DNA from: an uncultured Prevotellaceae bacterium | Lineage (GTDB): Bacteria > Bacteroidota > Bacteroidia > Bacteroidales > Bacteroidaceae | Direction of reading: 5' to 3' | NCBI GenBank assembly: GCA_902792855.1 | Contig: CADBBP010000001.1 | Span: forward strand, 24,784-88,783 | DNA: 64,000 nucleotides | In this document: positions 62,869 through 64,000 of the stretch, one piece after another | Position numbering within the stretch: position 1 is the stretch's first letter | Layout of the letters: each line of letters begins with the position of its first letter | The notes under the pieces: model-generated | Database searches by the model: none | Told to the model about the DNA's origin: nothing | The model's input: only the letters and a program-made list of their open reading frames with translations | Program-made: the position numbers and the translations under genes

Positions 62869-64000
62869 TTACTCGGACAGTCCACTCTTCATGATGAATT
62901 CCTTCGGTCCGGTGACATACAAGTTATCAAAATGTGATGAATTGAGTATTCTCACATGCGAGCCGATGGTGTGCCGGGTGCAATAGAGATACAGGTCCCT
63001 GTAGGTGGCCGACGGATTCGATGTGAGGAAATTCACCGTGTTCATGGTGAACCGGTCGCTCATCCAGGTGCCGTATTTTCCCAAGTCCGGATTCCAGTTC
63101 TCTGCCCATGACTGTTCCTCACCGCTTGCCCCGGAGATGGCCATTACTCCCGTCGTTCCCTCCACTGGCTTGATGACATTCTCCGAATAGCATGCCTCGG
63201 CGATAATCAGCAACTTCCGGAATGCCTTTACCTCACTCATGCTTTCCACCGTCTGCCTCATCAGGTCAGCCGTGAATCCTTTACCGGGCGGATTATCCCT
63301 CCAGATGAACTCGTCGCTTCCGCCATGCTGCACACTCCGTCCGTGCCCGCCCCAATAGAGCAGCACATTGGTGCATTCGTCGCCACTGACCACCACCGGC
63401 AGCTTTTCACTGCGCCGGCCCTTCAGAATGTCGGCAATGCCTTCGGGCGACAAGTCGGCGTTATCATAGTCCACCACCACCCCTTCAAGCAGGTTTTCGC
63501 CGTCCTTGCTGGAACGGATGATGCCTGGTTCATTGTTGTCTGTTGAAGATGCCAGTGAAGCATCCATCACGAGAATAATGTGTTCGTCGTCGAATCCGCC
63601 ACGTTTGAGCAGTTGATACATGGACAGGACCCCTGACTGATGCCGGTAATTGGCCATGCCTTCGCTTCCCTGCACAAGCACGGCATACTGTCCTTGGGTT
63701 TCAGGATAGGAAATGTCCACTCCGCTTGTGGCTTGCCGTCGGAAGTTCTCTTCTGCCTTGGTTGAATCATAGAGATATTGCCAAGAGGCATGGGCGTCGT
63801 TCAACCGTCCGCTGCCGCCTTTTCCATAGTAATACAGATGTTCAAACTCACCGTTCACAATCTGCCACTTCAAATATGTGGTGTGCGTAGAAGCGGTATA
63901 GGTGTCTTTGTCAAAACCGATATCGCCCGAGGCCCCTCTGAACTGCAGCCTGTGCCCGTTTTCCAGTTCGGAGAGATAAATATCCATGGGGGTGGCGTTC
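62869..64000 (-). CDS. C13 legumain-like cysteine peptidase (N-terminus outside the window)
   Basis: YAVLVQGSEGMANYRHQSGVLSMYQLLKRGGFDDEHIILVM resembles the legumain N-terminal core. It has the catalytic His-Gly (LLYWGGHG) and Ala-Cys (LIIAEACYSE) dyads. The frame stays open to the window edge. Confidence 0.7.
   Translation of the reverse strand, partial: NATPMDIYLSELENGHRLQFRGASGDIGFDKDTYTASTHTTYLKWQIVNGEFEHLYYYGKGGSGRLNDAHASWQYLYDSTKAEENFRRQATSGVDISYPETQGQYAVLVQGSEGMANYRHQSGVLSMYQLLKRGGFDDEHIILVMDASLASSTDNNEPGIIRSSKDGENLLEGVVVDYDNADLSPEGIADILKGRRSEKLPVVVSGDECTNVLLYWGGHGRSVQHGGSDEFIWRDNPPGKGFTADLMRQTVESMSEVKAFRKLLIIAEACYSENVIKPVEGTTGVMAISGASGEEQSWAENWNPDLGKYGTWMSDRFTMNTVNFLTSNPSATYRDLYLYCTRHTIGSHVRILNSSHFDNLYVTGPKEFIMKSGLSE

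Overview
This is a chromosomal segment with high GC at third codon positions, most likely from a Bacteroidota genome of the Prevotella/Segatella type. That assignment is inferred from three things: six proteins ending in type-A T9SS C-terminal sorting domains, many exact TAnnTTTG -7 promoter boxes 20-120 nt upstream of start codons, and SpII lipoproteins with acidic residues after the lipobox Cys. I did not run any database search, so all product calls come from motifs read in the supplied translations. About 40 genes are supported. The housekeeping core is thiL (partial), dxs-trkA-trkH-manA, cysK, hppA, nifJ/PFOR, pepP, two signal-peptide C1B peptidases, recJ, a frame-disrupted recQ, nhaD, mscS, two GH43 enzymes and one tRNA-Phe. 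Accessory content includes: (1) a tight three-gene operon of a compact ABC-type ATPase, a DUF4435/Toprim-like protein and a 128-aa unknown (28456-30813), resembling PARIS/AbiL/OLD defence pairs; (2) a T9SS cargo block with a 2533-aa repeat-rich surface protein (14853-25728); (3) a minus-strand operon of a C13 legumain-like peptidase, a LIP-like lipoprotein and a 1531-aa LRR/GLUG T9SS protein (56489-64000), whose sorting domain holds a 5-unit heptanucleotide microsatellite and which abuts an IS66 TnpB-like remnant; (4) a low-GC VapBC-like toxin-antitoxin islet. Structure not explained by genes includes three tandem arrays with a 9-bp period, a 30-bp tandem duplication spanning the mscS start codon, and a pair of 20-bp inverted repeats, each nearly self-palindromic, flanking a terminator hairpin in a roughly 1-kb AT-rich gap. 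There are also two -1 frame disruptions, in recQ and in a small Cys-rich ORF. No CRISPR array, rRNA, prophage or SusC/D locus was seen. My best candidates for something undescribed are the ATPase/DUF4435/small-gene operon and the microsatellite-switchable T9SS adhesin locus. Both are hypotheses.
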